Shown in pieces: positions 50,367 to 60,997 of a stretch of 64,000 nt of DNA. Below the pieces are notes generated by a model. It worked only from the letters and a program-made list of their open reading frames with translations, made no database searches and was not told the origin of the DNA. Every line of letters starts with the position of its first letter. Position 1 is the stretch's first letter. Made by a program: the position numbers and the translations under genes. Origin of the DNA: Candidatus Bathyarchaeota archaeon (GTDB lineage Archaea; Thermoproteota; Bathyarchaeia; Bathyarchaeales; Bathycorpusculaceae); contig CAWABA010000001.1 in the NCBI GenBank assembly GCA_963780185.1, positions 160,001 through 224,000 of the forward strand, in the 5' to 3' direction.

Positions 50367-51159
50367 ATGAATCAAGGAAAAACTCGAAGACTAAGAAGAA
50401 TCCTGCAGCAAGACAACCGAACAGTAATTGTCCCCATGGACCACGGCGTAACCGTCGGACCCATCCAAGGCTTAGCTAACATGCAGCAGACAATCAACAT
50501 GCTCATCAAAGGTGGAGTCGACGCAGTTCTCGTCCACAAAGGCATCGCAAGGCACACTGACGCTGGAAACGCAGGGTTAATCGTTATGCTTTCAGGCATG
50601 TCAAACCTTGAGCCCGAACGTCAACGGCAAAGTCCAAGTCTGCAGCGTCCAAGAAGCCATACGGCTTGGGGCAGACGCTGTTTCAGTGCATGTTAACATC
50701 GGAGCGCAGGATGAGGATAAAATGCTTCAAAACCTCGGCAGCGTAGCCGACGAATGTGACGTTTACGGTATGCCGCTTCTTGCAATGATGTATCCTCGGG
50801 GACCCAAAATACAGAATGAACACGCAGCCGACGTTGTCGCTCATGCCGCACGCATCGGCGCTGAACTTGGCGCAGACATCATCAAAGCAAACTTTACAGG
50901 AAACACAGAAACATTCAGAACCGTAGTGGAAAGCTGCCCCGTACCCGTTGTGATTGCGGGGGGACCAAAATGCAAAACCTCCGAAGAGGTCCTCCAAACT
51001 ACATACGACGCCATTTCAGCTGGAGCAGCGGGTCTCTCAATCGGACGCAACGTCTTCCAACATGAAAACCCAACCCTAATCGTCAAGGCGCTGTCAGCAA
51101 TCGTTCACGGCGGCGTTAGCGTGCAGGAAGCGCTCAAGATTCTCGGTGAAAAAACGTGA
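50367..51159 (+). CDS. 2-amino-3,7-dideoxy-D-threo-hept-6-ulosonate synthase (AroA'), apparent frameshift near 50608
   Basis: [37 protein letters not shown]; upstream of DHQ synthase II. Confidence 0.88.
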
Positions 51160-52199
51160 AGGAACTTTGGGTAGAGATTGAGCAGGCGGCTTCACCGCAA
51201 GAAAAAGAAAACTTGCTTAGCTCCGCGCATGAAAACGCCGATGTGGTTCTCGAAGGAACCCAAGCCAGCACCCGCAGCGGCAAACTCGACATAGCCTTCC
51301 TCGCCGAGCTGTCCGAGAAAAAGATTTCTCAAGCTAAAAATGAAGGCAGAAAAACCGCCGTTAAAATCAGCATAAAAGGCAAGGAAGACGAGAACCAAGC
51401 TGCCAAAGCGGCTGAGCTGGGCGTGGATTACATTATTATTAACACGTTTGATTGGCGCGTTATCCCGCTGGAGAACTTGATTGCGAAGGCACACGGCGGC
51501 AAAAGCAAACTCATCGCCGAAGTTGCCACGGCGCAGGATGCCAAGGTGGTTCTTGAAGCCTTAGAGTTGGGAACAGACGGCGTTCTGCTTAAAACCTCAA
51601 ACCCCACTGAGCTTGCCAACACGGTTAAACTGGTTAAAGGGCAAATGCCAAAGGTCGCGTTGACAGTGGCGAAGGTTCTCTCAATCCAACCCATCGGCAC
51701 AGGCGCCAGAGTCTGCGTGGACACGGTTGATTTGATGGTTCCAGGCGAAGGAATGCTTGTCGGTTGCCAATCTGCAGGGTTCTTTTTGGTGGAAGCTGAA
51801 GTAAACGAGAACCCGTACGTGCAGTCTAGGCCTTTCCGAGTGAACGCTGGACCAGCCTCGCACTACACGTTAACGTCGCTTCAGAGCACCAGGTACCTGT
51901 CTGAACTTAAGGCTGGGGACGAAGTTTTAATCATCAACAGGGAAGGCAAAGTAAGAATAACCAACGTAGGTCGATCAAAAATCGAGTTCCGACCCCTCAT
52001 CCTAATTGAAGCGCAAGCGGACGACACAAAAATCAAAACGATATTGCAAAACGCGGAAACCATCCGCCTCGTCACGCCGAAAGCCTCTAAACCCGTCACG
52101 GAACTAAAAGTAAACGACGAGGTTTTGGTGCATTTGGCTGCGAAAGGGGGTAGACACTTCGGCGTTTCTGTGCCTGAAGAAACGGTGATTGAGAAGTGA
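51156..52199 (+). CDS. 3-dehydroquinate synthase II (AroB')
   Basis: [39 protein letters not shown]. Confidence 0.95.
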   Translation: MKELWVEIEQAASPQEKENLLSSAHENADVVLEGTQASTRSGKLDIAFLAELSEKKISQAKNEGRKTAVKISIKGKEDENQAAKAAELGVDYIIINTFDWRVIPLENLIAKAHGGKSKLIAEVATAQDAKVVLEALELGTDGVLLKTSNPTELANTVKLVKGQMPKVALTVAKVLSIQPIGTGARVCVDTVDLMVPGEGMLVGCQSAGFFLVEAEVNENPYVQSRPFRVNAGPASHYTLTSLQSTRYLSELKAGDEVLIINREGKVRITNVGRSKIEFRPLILIEAQADDTKIKTILQNAETIRLVTPKASKPVTELKVNDEVLVHLAAKGGRHFGVSVPEETVIEK

Positions 52200-52879
52200 C
52201 CATGAGAATCTGCGTTTCAATTCTTCCAAAAAACATCGCTGAAGCGTTAAACCTCATCAAAAAGGCAGAAGAATCCGAAGCAGACCTAATCGAAGTCAGG
52301 CTAGACCGCCTCGAAAAAAATAGTAACCTAGGCGAACTTGCCAAAGCCACAAAGCTTCCCTTAATCGCGACAAACAAACTTGCAAGAGAAAAAGGTTTTT
52401 TTGCTGGTTCGGAAGCCGAGCGGCAACAAATCCTCTTGAGTGCCGCTGAAAACGGGTTCGAATACGTTGACGTTGACCTATCAAACCCAAACAACAAAGA
52501 AATAATCGATAAAATCAAAAAGTTGGGTTCAAAACCAATAGTTTCCTACCACAATTCTGAAGACGCCTTAAACGTTTCCGAAATGGAAAAAATCCTCCAC
52601 CAAGAGATTTCGTGCGGTGCCAGCGTCTGCAAAATCATAGTCACAGCCAAAACAACCGAAGATAACTTGACGGCGCTCAATTTCGTGGCTTCTCATTCTG
52701 GTGAGGCGAAGCTTGTTTGTTTCTGCATGAGCGAGGCGGGCAAGGTTTCGCGGCTTCTTTCTCCGATGTTCGGCGCGTTCTTCACGTTTGCGTCGCTGGA
52801 GCAGGGCGACGAAACGGCGAAGGGGCAGATGTCGATTGGCGAAATGAAAGTTGCATACGACCTTTTGGGGGCAACGTGA
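52196..52879 (+). CDS. aroD: Type I 3-dehydroquinate dehydratase
   Basis: EVRLD, SYH, CKI, FCM...SR, GQ. Confidence 0.9.
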   Translation: MTMRICVSILPKNIAEALNLIKKAEESEADLIEVRLDRLEKNSNLGELAKATKLPLIATNKLAREKGFFAGSEAERQQILLSAAENGFEYVDVDLSNPNNKEIIDKIKKLGSKPIVSYHNSEDALNVSEMEKILHQEISCGASVCKIIVTAKTTEDNLTALNFVASHSGEAKLVCFCMSEAGKVSRLLSPMFGAFFTFASLEQGDETAKGQMSIGEMKVAYDLLGAT

Positions 52880-53745
52880 TGGCGGTTTCAGGTAAAACCA
52901 AAGTTTTCGGAGTAATCGGCGACCCCATAGAGCACAGCCTAAGCCCAGTCATGCAGAACGCGGCGTTTGAAGCCTCCAAACTTGACTGCGCATTCTTGCC
53001 ATTTAAAGTCGAATCTTCACAGCTTGGCAAAGCCATAGACGGCATGCGAGCCTTAGATATCCAGGGATTAAACGTTACCATGCCCCACAAAACCGCAATC
53101 CTGAGTTTCCTAGACGAAGTTGACACGACCGCCAAGGTCCTAAAAGCAGTTAACACGGTGAAAAATGAGGACGGCAAACTGTTAGGCTTCAACACTGACG
53201 GCGCAGGCGCAATGTCGGCGCTAAGAGAAAACGGCGTGGATCTTAGAGGCAAAAAAGTGATGTTGCTAGGCGCAGGCGGAGCTGCTAGAGCCATAGGTTT
53301 CGCGGTTGCGGCGCAGGCGGATGAGCTTTCAATATTGAATCGGTCAATTCAACCAGCAGCCGAGTTAGCAGACATCGTACATCAAAAGTTCAACAGCAAA
53401 GTCTTTGCATATGCGCTTTCCCCATTGACAATTCGGGGAGTTCTAGTTGATGCTGACTTGCTAATTAACGCCACTTCAGTCGGGATGAAACCAAACGCCG
53501 CCAAAACCCTAGTGCCCTCTGAATGGCTCAAACCCGATTTGGCAGTAATGGACATCGTTTACGACCCGCTTGAAACCAAGCTGGCGAGAAACGCGAAGGC
53601 TGCAGGAGCCAAAGTGGTCAGCGGAGTTGAAATGCTGATTTATCAGGGGGCGGCGTCGTTTGAAATCTGGACTGGCAAAAAAGCGCCAGTTGAAGTTATG
53701 AGGAAGGCAGCGCTTAACCATTTGCAAAAGGTGCAGAAGAGATGA
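52876..53745 (+). CDS. aroE: Shikimate dehydrogenase
   Basis: HSLSP, NVTMPHK, NTDG, GAGGAA. Confidence 0.95.
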   Translation: MMAVSGKTKVFGVIGDPIEHSLSPVMQNAAFEASKLDCAFLPFKVESSQLGKAIDGMRALDIQGLNVTMPHKTAILSFLDEVDTTAKVLKAVNTVKNEDGKLLGFNTDGAGAMSALRENGVDLRGKKVMLLGAGGAARAIGFAVAAQADELSILNRSIQPAAELADIVHQKFNSKVFAYALSPLTIRGVLVDADLLINATSVGMKPNAAKTLVPSEWLKPDLAVMDIVYDPLETKLARNAKAAGAKVVSGVEMLIYQGAASFEIWTGKKAPVEVMRKAALNHLQKVQKR

Positions 53746-54611
53746 CTGGGCAAGCAACGGCTATAGCGCATGGAGCAGCAACGATTGTTAACGCTATGGC
53801 TCTTGGCAAAGGCGCCGCTTTCGGAGTTGACCTATACACGAAGGCTCAGGTAAAATTAACTGACGAACCCGAAGTCGTTAAGGCGGAGATTGCTTCTGAC
53901 CCCCAAGAAAGCACCGTTCTGATGGAGAAAACCGTCACGCGGGTTCTTAGCCATTTCAAAGTGGAAAAGAGGTTTGGCGCCAAAGTTAAAACTTGGTCCA
54001 CCATCCCCATCGCTAAAGGGCTCAAAAGCAGCAGTGCCGCGGCGAACGCGGTGGCGTTGGCGACCACGGCGGCGCTGGGAGAGATGGTGGATGATTTTAA
54101 AATCGTCAATTTAGGCGTAGACGCTGCTTTCGATGCGAAAGTCACGGTGACAGGAGCTTTTGACGATGCATGTGCTTCATATTTCGGCGGTGTAGTTGTC
54201 ACAGACAATTTGGAACGCAAAATCGTAATGCAAACGTCGTCACCTGATGATTTTGTGGTGCTTTTCCATGTTCCTCCGCAAAAAGCCTATTCAGGCGACT
54301 CGAACGTTGACAGGCTCAGAGTGGTGAAGCCGCTGGTTCAAGTTGCCTATGATGAAGCTTTAGCTGGCGATTTTTGGGGCGCTTTGACGCTTAACGGTTT
54401 AATTTACTCTTCCGCTTCGGGGTTCGACCCTTCGATTGCAATTGATGCGTTGGCGGCTGGAGCGGTTGGAGCTGGGCTCTGCGGCAAAGGACCCGCGGTC
54501 ACTGCAGTTGTGCCTGAAGATAAGGTTGATTCGGTGAGGGCGGCTTTTCAAAAATTCGGCGGTGAAGTCTTGCAAGCACGCCTTAACCATGAGAAAGCAA
54601 AGGTGATTTAG
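53742..54611 (+). CDS. aroK: Archaeal shikimate kinase (GHMP family)
   Basis: P..KGLKSSSA, TGAFDD, G.GP. Confidence 0.95.
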   Translation: MTGQATAIAHGAATIVNAMALGKGAAFGVDLYTKAQVKLTDEPEVVKAEIASDPQESTVLMEKTVTRVLSHFKVEKRFGAKVKTWSTIPIAKGLKSSSAAANAVALATTAALGEMVDDFKIVNLGVDAAFDAKVTVTGAFDDACASYFGGVVVTDNLERKIVMQTSSPDDFVVLFHVPPQKAYSGDSNVDRLRVVKPLVQVAYDEALAGDFWGALTLNGLIYSSASGFDPSIAIDALAAGAVGAGLCGKGPAVTAVVPEDKVDSVRAAFQKFGGEVLQARLNHEKAKVI

Positions 54612-54613
54612 CT

Positions 54614-55918
54614 ATGGTGGATGTAATCGTTAAAAAATCTGAAAAACTAAGCGGCGAAGTATGCGCTCCCCCATCAAAATCGTATACTCAGCGAATGCTT
54701 ATTGCGGCGGCTCTTTCCAATGGATCTGGAAAGGTGTCAAATCCCCTTCTTTCTGAAGACACAGAAGCAGCCCTGCGTGCCATAACGGCGTTAGGCGCTG
54801 AAACAAGCTTTGAAGAAAACTGCTGGGTCGTCAAAGGCGCGGCTTCAATTCAAAATGCGAAATCACCAATCGACTGCGGAGAATCTGGAGCTACCCTCCG
54901 TTTCATGGTGCCCGTCGCAGCCCTCGCTAGTGACCCCTCTACGCTGTTTTTCCGCGGCTCTCTTGATCGCAGACCAATTGAACCCTTAATCAAAAGTCTC
55001 GACGATTTGGGCGCAAAGGTTCATCTCAAAAAGTTCGGCGACAAAGACGCCGTGGTTGTTGAAGGCGGCGGAATCCTCGGAGGACAAACCTTAATTCGCG
55101 GCGACGTCAGTTCACAGTTCATCTCGGGGCTGATGTTTGCGTGTCCGATGGCGAAAGTTGACACCGAAATTATTTTAACGTCGCCGCTTGAGTCAACTAA
55201 CTACGCAAAAATGACTTGGGATGTACTTTCAAGACACGGCGTCAAAGTAGACGTTTACGGCAACTTCGAACGCATTGTAATCCCAGCCAACCAAGCCTTC
55301 AAGCCGGCTGATAGCCGAGTACCAGGCGACTTCTCATCAGCCGCATTTCTCCTCGCAGCCGCAGCCATCACCAACTCCAAAGTGCAGGTAAACGACCTTG
55401 ACCGCGAGAGCATTCAAGGCGACAAAGCCATTCTGGGCATTCTAAAGCAGATGGGTGTAGCGGGCAAAGTTTGTGACAACAGCGTTGAAATAGACGGCGT
55501 TGGCGGTCCGCTTGTTCCGCTTAATCTTGATGCAAAAAACATTCCTGACCTTGTCCCAGTATGCGCAGCTCTGGCATGCTTCGCTGAAGGCACATCAAAA
55601 ATAACTGGCGCGCAAAGGCTTAGGCTCAAAGAGTCCGACAGGCTGAAATCCCTTCATACTGAATTCAAAAAGATGGGCGGCAAAATAGAATTTGACTCGG
55701 ACAGCCTAACCATAACAGGCACTTCTAATCTGCACGGCGCTACAGTTAACTCCCATAATGACCATCGAATCGCGATGGCTTGCGCGGTTGCAGCTCTATG
55801 CGCTGAGAAACAAACTGTAATTCAAAACGCTCAGTGCGTCAGAAAGTCTTATCCGCAGTTCTTCCTTCATCTCAAACAGTTAGGAGCGGAAATTGTTGGC
55901 GGGAAATTCGACAGGTAA
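54614..55918 (+). CDS. aroA: EPSP synthase
   Basis: PSKS, ESGATLR, SSQF, KESDR, DHRIAM, KSYP. Confidence 0.97.
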   Translation: MVDVIVKKSEKLSGEVCAPPSKSYTQRMLIAAALSNGSGKVSNPLLSEDTEAALRAITALGAETSFEENCWVVKGAASIQNAKSPIDCGESGATLRFMVPVAALASDPSTLFFRGSLDRRPIEPLIKSLDDLGAKVHLKKFGDKDAVVVEGGGILGGQTLIRGDVSSQFISGLMFACPMAKVDTEIILTSPLESTNYAKMTWDVLSRHGVKVDVYGNFERIVIPANQAFKPADSRVPGDFSSAAFLLAAAAITNSKVQVNDLDRESIQGDKAILGILKQMGVAGKVCDNSVEIDGVGGPLVPLNLDAKNIPDLVPVCAALACFAEGTSKITGAQRLRLKESDRLKSLHTEFKKMGGKIEFDSDSLTITGTSNLHGATVNSHNDHRIAMACAVAALCAEKQTVIQNAQCVRKSYPQFFLHLKQLGAEIVGGKFDR

Positions 55919-57012
55919 AGAATTCGTATTCACCACTTTCGGCGAAAGCCACGGCAAAATCGTAGGCGTAGTTGTGGACGGTTGCCCAGCAGGCTTGCCC
56001 CTGTCTGAAGCAGACATCCAAGCCGAACTGGACAGACGCATCCCCGCAGACTCCAAAATCGTTTCTGCAAGAATCGAAAAAGACGTGCCCAAAATTTTGT
56101 CAGGCGTCTTCAACGGCTACACCACGGGTGCTCCCATAGCCGTGACGGTTGAGAACAGGGAGGTTGACTCGGCGGATTACGAAGCAATCAAGAATCTGCC
56201 AAGACCCGGACACGCAGACTACCCCGCAGGCGTCAAGTACGGCGGCTTTAACGATTATCGAGGCGGCGGACGGTTCAGCGGCAGGGTTACAGTGGCGATA
56301 ATAATGGCTGGCGCCATCGCCAAGAAGCTGCTAAGCCACTTCGACGTTGACGTTTTAGCTTACACAAGAGCCATAGGCAAAATCAGAAGCGACAAAAAAT
56401 TCAGCACCGAAGAAATCCAAAAGAACCGCTACGCGGCGGCGACTCGGTGCCCAGACCTGTCCTGCGCCGAAAAAATGGAGCAAGCCATCGTTGAAGCCCG
56501 AGAAGAAGGCGAAAGCGTCGGCGGCGTAGTTGAATGCATCGCCCTGAACGTTCCAGTAGGGGTTGGCGAGCCAATGTTTGATTCGCTTGACGCTGACTTA
56601 GCTAAGGCGCTGTTTAATGTTCCCGCTGTAAAAGCGGTTGAGTTCGGCTTAGGCTTCGCTGTTGCCGATTTAAAAGGCTCAGAAAGCAACGACGCCTACG
56701 TCATGCAAAACGGCAAAGTTACAAGCTTCAACAGATAACATGGGCGGAATCTTAGGCGGCATATCCAACGGCATGCCAATCCAAATTCGGGCAGCAATCA
56801 AACCAACGCCCTCCATCAGCCTGCCGCAGAAAACCGTTAACTTGTCCACTATGGAAAACGCTTCTGTAACCGTTAAGGGCAGGCATGACCCGTGTGTGGT
56901 TCCGAAAGCCGTTCCCGCAGTGGAAGCCGCCGTTGCAGTAACGTTAGCTGACCACATGATTCGTGCTGGTTTCATACCGAAAGTTTTGGAGAGAAAGAAA
57001 ATTGTTGGATGA
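55896..57012 (+). CDS. aroC: Chorismate synthase, apparent frameshift near 56733
   Basis: FGESHG, RPGHAD, GGILGGISNG, KPTPSI, GRHDPC. Confidence 0.95.
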
Positions 57013-57265
57013 ACTTGAACGCTACAGAAAACGGGTCGACGAAGTTGACGAATTGATTCTGAAGGCATTAACTGAAAGAGTCAAGATATGCATGGCTATT
57101 GGTTTGGTGAAGAAAAAACGGGGCATGGAAGTCAAGGATGCTTCCAGAGAAAAAGACGTTTACAAAAAAGTTAAAGAGAAATCTGCCGAATTATGCTTAG
57201 ATCCCCAGAAAGTTGAGGCAGTTTACCGCGAAATAGTTAATATGTGCAGTGCAGTTCAAGAATAA
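57005..57265 (+). CDS. Chorismate mutase (AroQ type II)
   Basis: L..YR..VD.VD..I...L.ER, K, D..RE. Confidence 0.88.
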   Translation: MDELERYRKRVDEVDELILKALTERVKICMAIGLVKKKRGMEVKDASREKDVYKKVKEKSAELCLDPQKVEAVYREIVNMCSAVQE

Positions 57266-57295
57266 GAAATAATCTGAAAAGGAAAGTTTACGGCA

Positions 57296-58375
57296 ATGCT
57301 CTACGAAATAAACGAGAAAGCCATAAGACTCGAAAACCAAGGAAAGAAAATTATCCGCTTAAACCTAGGTGACCCTGACCTGGCGACGCCAACGGAGATT
57401 GTGGAAGCCGCGTACGCTGCTATGAAGGCGGGGAAAACAAAGTATTCTTCAGCTTATGGCGAGGAAAAACTAAGGCAGAAACTCGCGAAGATTCATGGAG
57501 TTAAAGCAGAAAACGTGGTTATTACGCCTGGTTCCAAATGGGGCGTCTTCGCGACGCTTTATTTGACGATGAAGGCTGGAGGCAACATCATCATACCCAC
57601 GCCTTACTGGACAGCTTACGATTTGATGGCTAAAAGCATCGGTGCCCAAACAAGGCTGCTTCGAACCGAAATGGAAGACGGCTGGAAAGTTGATTTGGGC
57701 AAGCTTGAAGCCATGATTGACAAAGACACAAAGATGATAATTCTCAATAACCCGAATAATCCAACCAGCAAAGTCATGGATGCAAAAACCTTAGACGGCA
57801 TAGTGGAAATCGCCAACAAAAAAGGCGTAACCATCCTCTCAGACGAAGTTTACGGTCCAATCAGCTTCGTAAAAACAAAAAGCATCCTTGAATACGACGG
57901 CAACAACACTCACATCCTGTCAAACGGCTTCTCCAAAATGTTCACTATGACGGGCTGGCGAATCGGCTACATCATAGCCAACAAGCCGCTAATCGACAAC
58001 ATCACAAAACTAAACCAAATCACCATAAACAACGTGCCAGTCTTCATACAGGAAGCAGCTTTGAAAGGGCTTGAAATGCAGAAAAGCCTGACCAACAGCA
58101 TCGAGAAAGAATATCAAGAACGAGCAAAAATGGCGTGTGCAACCCTCACGAAAGCGGGGCTTTCCTTCACCGAGCCTGAAGCACCCTTCTACGTGTTCCC
58201 TAAACGTAAAGGCTTAGACTCCGAAAAATTCACTTTAGACCTGCTTGACAAAGGCGTCGCAGTTGCTCCAGGAACATCTTTCGGCGACTACAGAGAACAC
58301 TTCCGCATCTCCCTAACTGCCCCCCGAAACGAAATAAAGGTGGGGTTGGAAAAAATCAGCGAGGCGCTCGGATGA
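57296..58375 (+). CDS. Class I/II PLP aminotransferase (likely aromatic/prephenate)
   Basis: NNPNNPT, SDEVY, FSK.F.MTGWRIG. Confidence 0.9.
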   Translation: MLYEINEKAIRLENQGKKIIRLNLGDPDLATPTEIVEAAYAAMKAGKTKYSSAYGEEKLRQKLAKIHGVKAENVVITPGSKWGVFATLYLTMKAGGNIIIPTPYWTAYDLMAKSIGAQTRLLRTEMEDGWKVDLGKLEAMIDKDTKMIILNNPNNPTSKVMDAKTLDGIVEIANKKGVTILSDEVYGPISFVKTKSILEYDGNNTHILSNGFSKMFTMTGWRIGYIIANKPLIDNITKLNQITINNVPVFIQEAALKGLEMQKSLTNSIEKEYQERAKMACATLTKAGLSFTEPEAPFYVFPKRKGLDSEKFTLDLLDKGVAVAPGTSFGDYREHFRISLTAPRNEIKVGLEKISEALG

Positions 58376-59247
58376 AAACCGCGGTTCTCGGCGCGGGAAA
58401 AATGGGTGTTTGGTTCGCAAAGTTTTGCAAGGAGAAAGGCGACATCGTAATTCTGGCAGATCGAAAAGCGGATAAGCTGTCGAGGCTTGGCAAGGAGTTA
58501 GGCGTTGAAACCACAACTGACTTTGTGGAAGCGGTGAAGGCAGCTGACGAAATCGTGATTTGCGTTTCCATCAGCAGCTTCGAAGACGTCGTAAAAAAGA
58601 TAGGTCCTCACATTCATGATGGGCAGGCGGTTACGGACATATGCTCAATTAAAGAGTTTCCCGTCAAAGTGATGCATGAGCACATCAAGCACGGGTTGGT
58701 TTTGGGTACGCACCCCGTTTTTGGTCCCGGCAGCAAAGGCGTAAACCACAAAGCCTACATACTTACCCCGACAAACGCCGCCGAAGAAAAATACGCTGAA
58801 GACTTCAAGAAGTGGCTGGAGAAAGAAGAAGCACACGTCTTCATCATGACACCCCAAAAACACGACCAACTCATGTCAATCGTCCTCGGATTTCCCCACT
58901 TCCTCGGATTAGCCGCATGCGAAACCCTTCTTGAACAGCAGCTTTTCCCCGAAACCAAACAGGTGGCAGGAACAACTTACCGCATGCTCTTCACCTTGGC
59001 GGAAGCAACGGCTCTAGAAACCCCTGACCTGTACGCTAATTTGCAGATGAAGCTGCCTGAGATGCGAAAAATCGAAGAAGCCTACATCGAGAAGGCGCAG
59101 GAGTGGCTGGATTTGCTTAAGCAGAAGAACCCGCAGGCAATCGTTGACCGTATGGAGCAGCTTAAAACGAAACTGCAGAAGGTTGACCCAGACTTCGCCC
59201 AGTCATACGAAGTCATGTACAAAATGCTCGAAGCCACAGAAAAATAA
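58372..59247 (+). CDS. tyrA: Prephenate/arogenate dehydrogenase
   Basis: GAGKMG, DICSIK, HPVFGP, HD. Confidence 0.92.
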   Translation: MKTAVLGAGKMGVWFAKFCKEKGDIVILADRKADKLSRLGKELGVETTTDFVEAVKAADEIVICVSISSFEDVVKKIGPHIHDGQAVTDICSIKEFPVKVMHEHIKHGLVLGTHPVFGPGSKGVNHKAYILTPTNAAEEKYAEDFKKWLEKEEAHVFIMTPQKHDQLMSIVLGFPHFLGLAACETLLEQQLFPETKQVAGTTYRMLFTLAEATALETPDLYANLQMKLPEMRKIEEAYIEKAQEWLDLLKQKNPQAIVDRMEQLKTKLQKVDPDFAQSYEVMYKMLEATEK

Positions 59248-59392
59248 ACGACTGTTGCCGCAATCGCCTGTTTCAAATAAAGGACAAATATCAAACGGTT
59301 ATTGAGAGAATAGCAGCAATAAAAGCTAAATGCTAGCAAAGCTGTAACAAAAGTGAACGGGGAAGAAAACGGTAACAGGAGAGTAATAGAAG

Positions 59393-60007
59393 ATGAAGGT
59401 TCTAGTAGTAAACTGCTCCTTAAAGTCGAAGAGCGAAGCTTTGGTTGCTGCAGTAAACAAATTCAGCAATGTCTTGCTCGCCGACTTCAGCTTAATCGAT
59501 GATACACACCTCATTGGCAGCGACATCGACGCTGTAATCATAAGTGGTTCAGGCGCAAGAATCGTGCATCCAGCCGAGAGGCAGATGTTCAACGGCGTCG
59601 CCAACTTGATAAGAAACTGCAACTTGCCGCTTCTGGGAATCTGCTATGGCCAACAACTTCTCTGCCACACCTTAGGCGCAGACGTCGGAGCATTGCCAGA
59701 GGAAGTATTCCGCTTCGAAGATGTCCGCTTACTAGCCGACGACGAAGTGTTCTCTGGTTTTAGCAGGGGGCAGAAGGTGCCCCTTTGCGAATCCCACCAC
59801 GACTACGTCCTCAAAGATAGCCTCAAAAAGGCAGGGATGATTTTGCTTGCGGATTCACCGTCATGCGAAGTCGAAGCAGTTAAGCACAAGAGCAAGCCGT
59901 TCTACGGGTTCCAGTTCCACCCTGAAAGAATAACCATCGATAACGTGACCCATCCCGAGGGACATAAAGTCATAGAGAACTTCTGCCGAAAAATAGTCAA
60001 GAAATAA
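59393..60007 (+). CDS. Class I glutamine amidotransferase (GuaA-like, standalone)
   Basis: IISGS, LGICYG.Q, SH.D, QFHPE triad. Confidence 0.88.
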   Translation: MKVLVVNCSLKSKSEALVAAVNKFSNVLLADFSLIDDTHLIGSDIDAVIISGSGARIVHPAERQMFNGVANLIRNCNLPLLGICYGQQLLCHTLGADVGALPEEVFRFEDVRLLADDEVFSGFSRGQKVPLCESHHDYVLKDSLKKAGMILLADSPSCEVEAVKHKSKPFYGFQFHPERITIDNVTHPEGHKVIENFCRKIVKK

Positions 60008-60185
60008 AGCCCAAATGTCGGCTTACTTTTTCGATCCAGCGCGCTCAAGCAGCAAACGCTCATCTGTGAAGCCGAACTTGGTATATGCTTTCAACCCCTG
60101 TTTGCTGCAGTTGCAAACGTTGTTCTGTTTCAAATAAAAGCTTATTCAAGGTCAACTCTGCAGAAAGAGCCAAAGAAAAAGGTGT

Positions 60186-60997
60186 TCAGATGACTCTGGG
60201 GTAGGATCCCAGGATTTTCACGAACGTCGCGTATTTTTCCAGGGCTTCCAAGGCTTCTGCGCAGCGTTTTTCGGTTCGGTGCCCCTCAAAGTCGAGGTAA
60301 AAGTTGTATTGCCACGCAGTGGTTTTGGTGGGTCTGGATTCGATTTTGGTTAGGTTGATGTTTCTTGATGCGAACTCGCTGAGGGCGTGGTAGAGGGTTC
60401 CGGGGCGTGTTTGGCTGAGAATATGATTGAGGTTTTGTCGTCGCCTGTGGGGGCTGCATCTTCGTGGCCGAGGACAAGAAACCGAGTGTAGTTTGATGGG
60501 TTATCGGCGATGTCTCGGGCAAGAATCTTCATGCTGTAGAGGTCTGCGGCTTTTTCGCTTGCGATGGCGGCAGCGTTTGTGAGGTTTTTTTCTTTAATGA
60601 TTTTTACGGCTCCAGCGGTATCGTAAGCGGGGATGATTTCCCACTTGTGCCTTTCAAGGTATTTGCGGCATTGCGCTAACGCTTGGGGATGCGAGTAAAC
60701 TGTTTCGATGTCCTCGATTTTGGTGTCTGGGTTGCCGATTAGGACATGGGCAAGTTTTACTGCGACTTCACCGCAGACTTTGAGGTCATAAGTGAGGAAT
60801 AGGTCGTAGTTTTGGTTGACGCTGCCCTCGATAGAGTTCTCAATCGGAACCACGCCATGGGGAACAACACCTGTTTTTACGGATTCGAAGACATCGCGGA
60901 AATCTTTGCAGGGAACTGGCTCTACTTTGCTGCCGAAAAACTTGTAGACAGCCATTTCACTGTAAGCGCCAGTTTCACCCTGATATGCTACTTTCAC
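60186..60997 (-). CDS. pheA: Prephenate dehydratase, apparent frameshift near 60400
   Basis: YQG..GAYSE, PIENSIEG, SHPQALAQC, NYTRF; ACT domain (NLTKIESRP..LGSYP) in the shifted frame. Confidence 0.92.
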
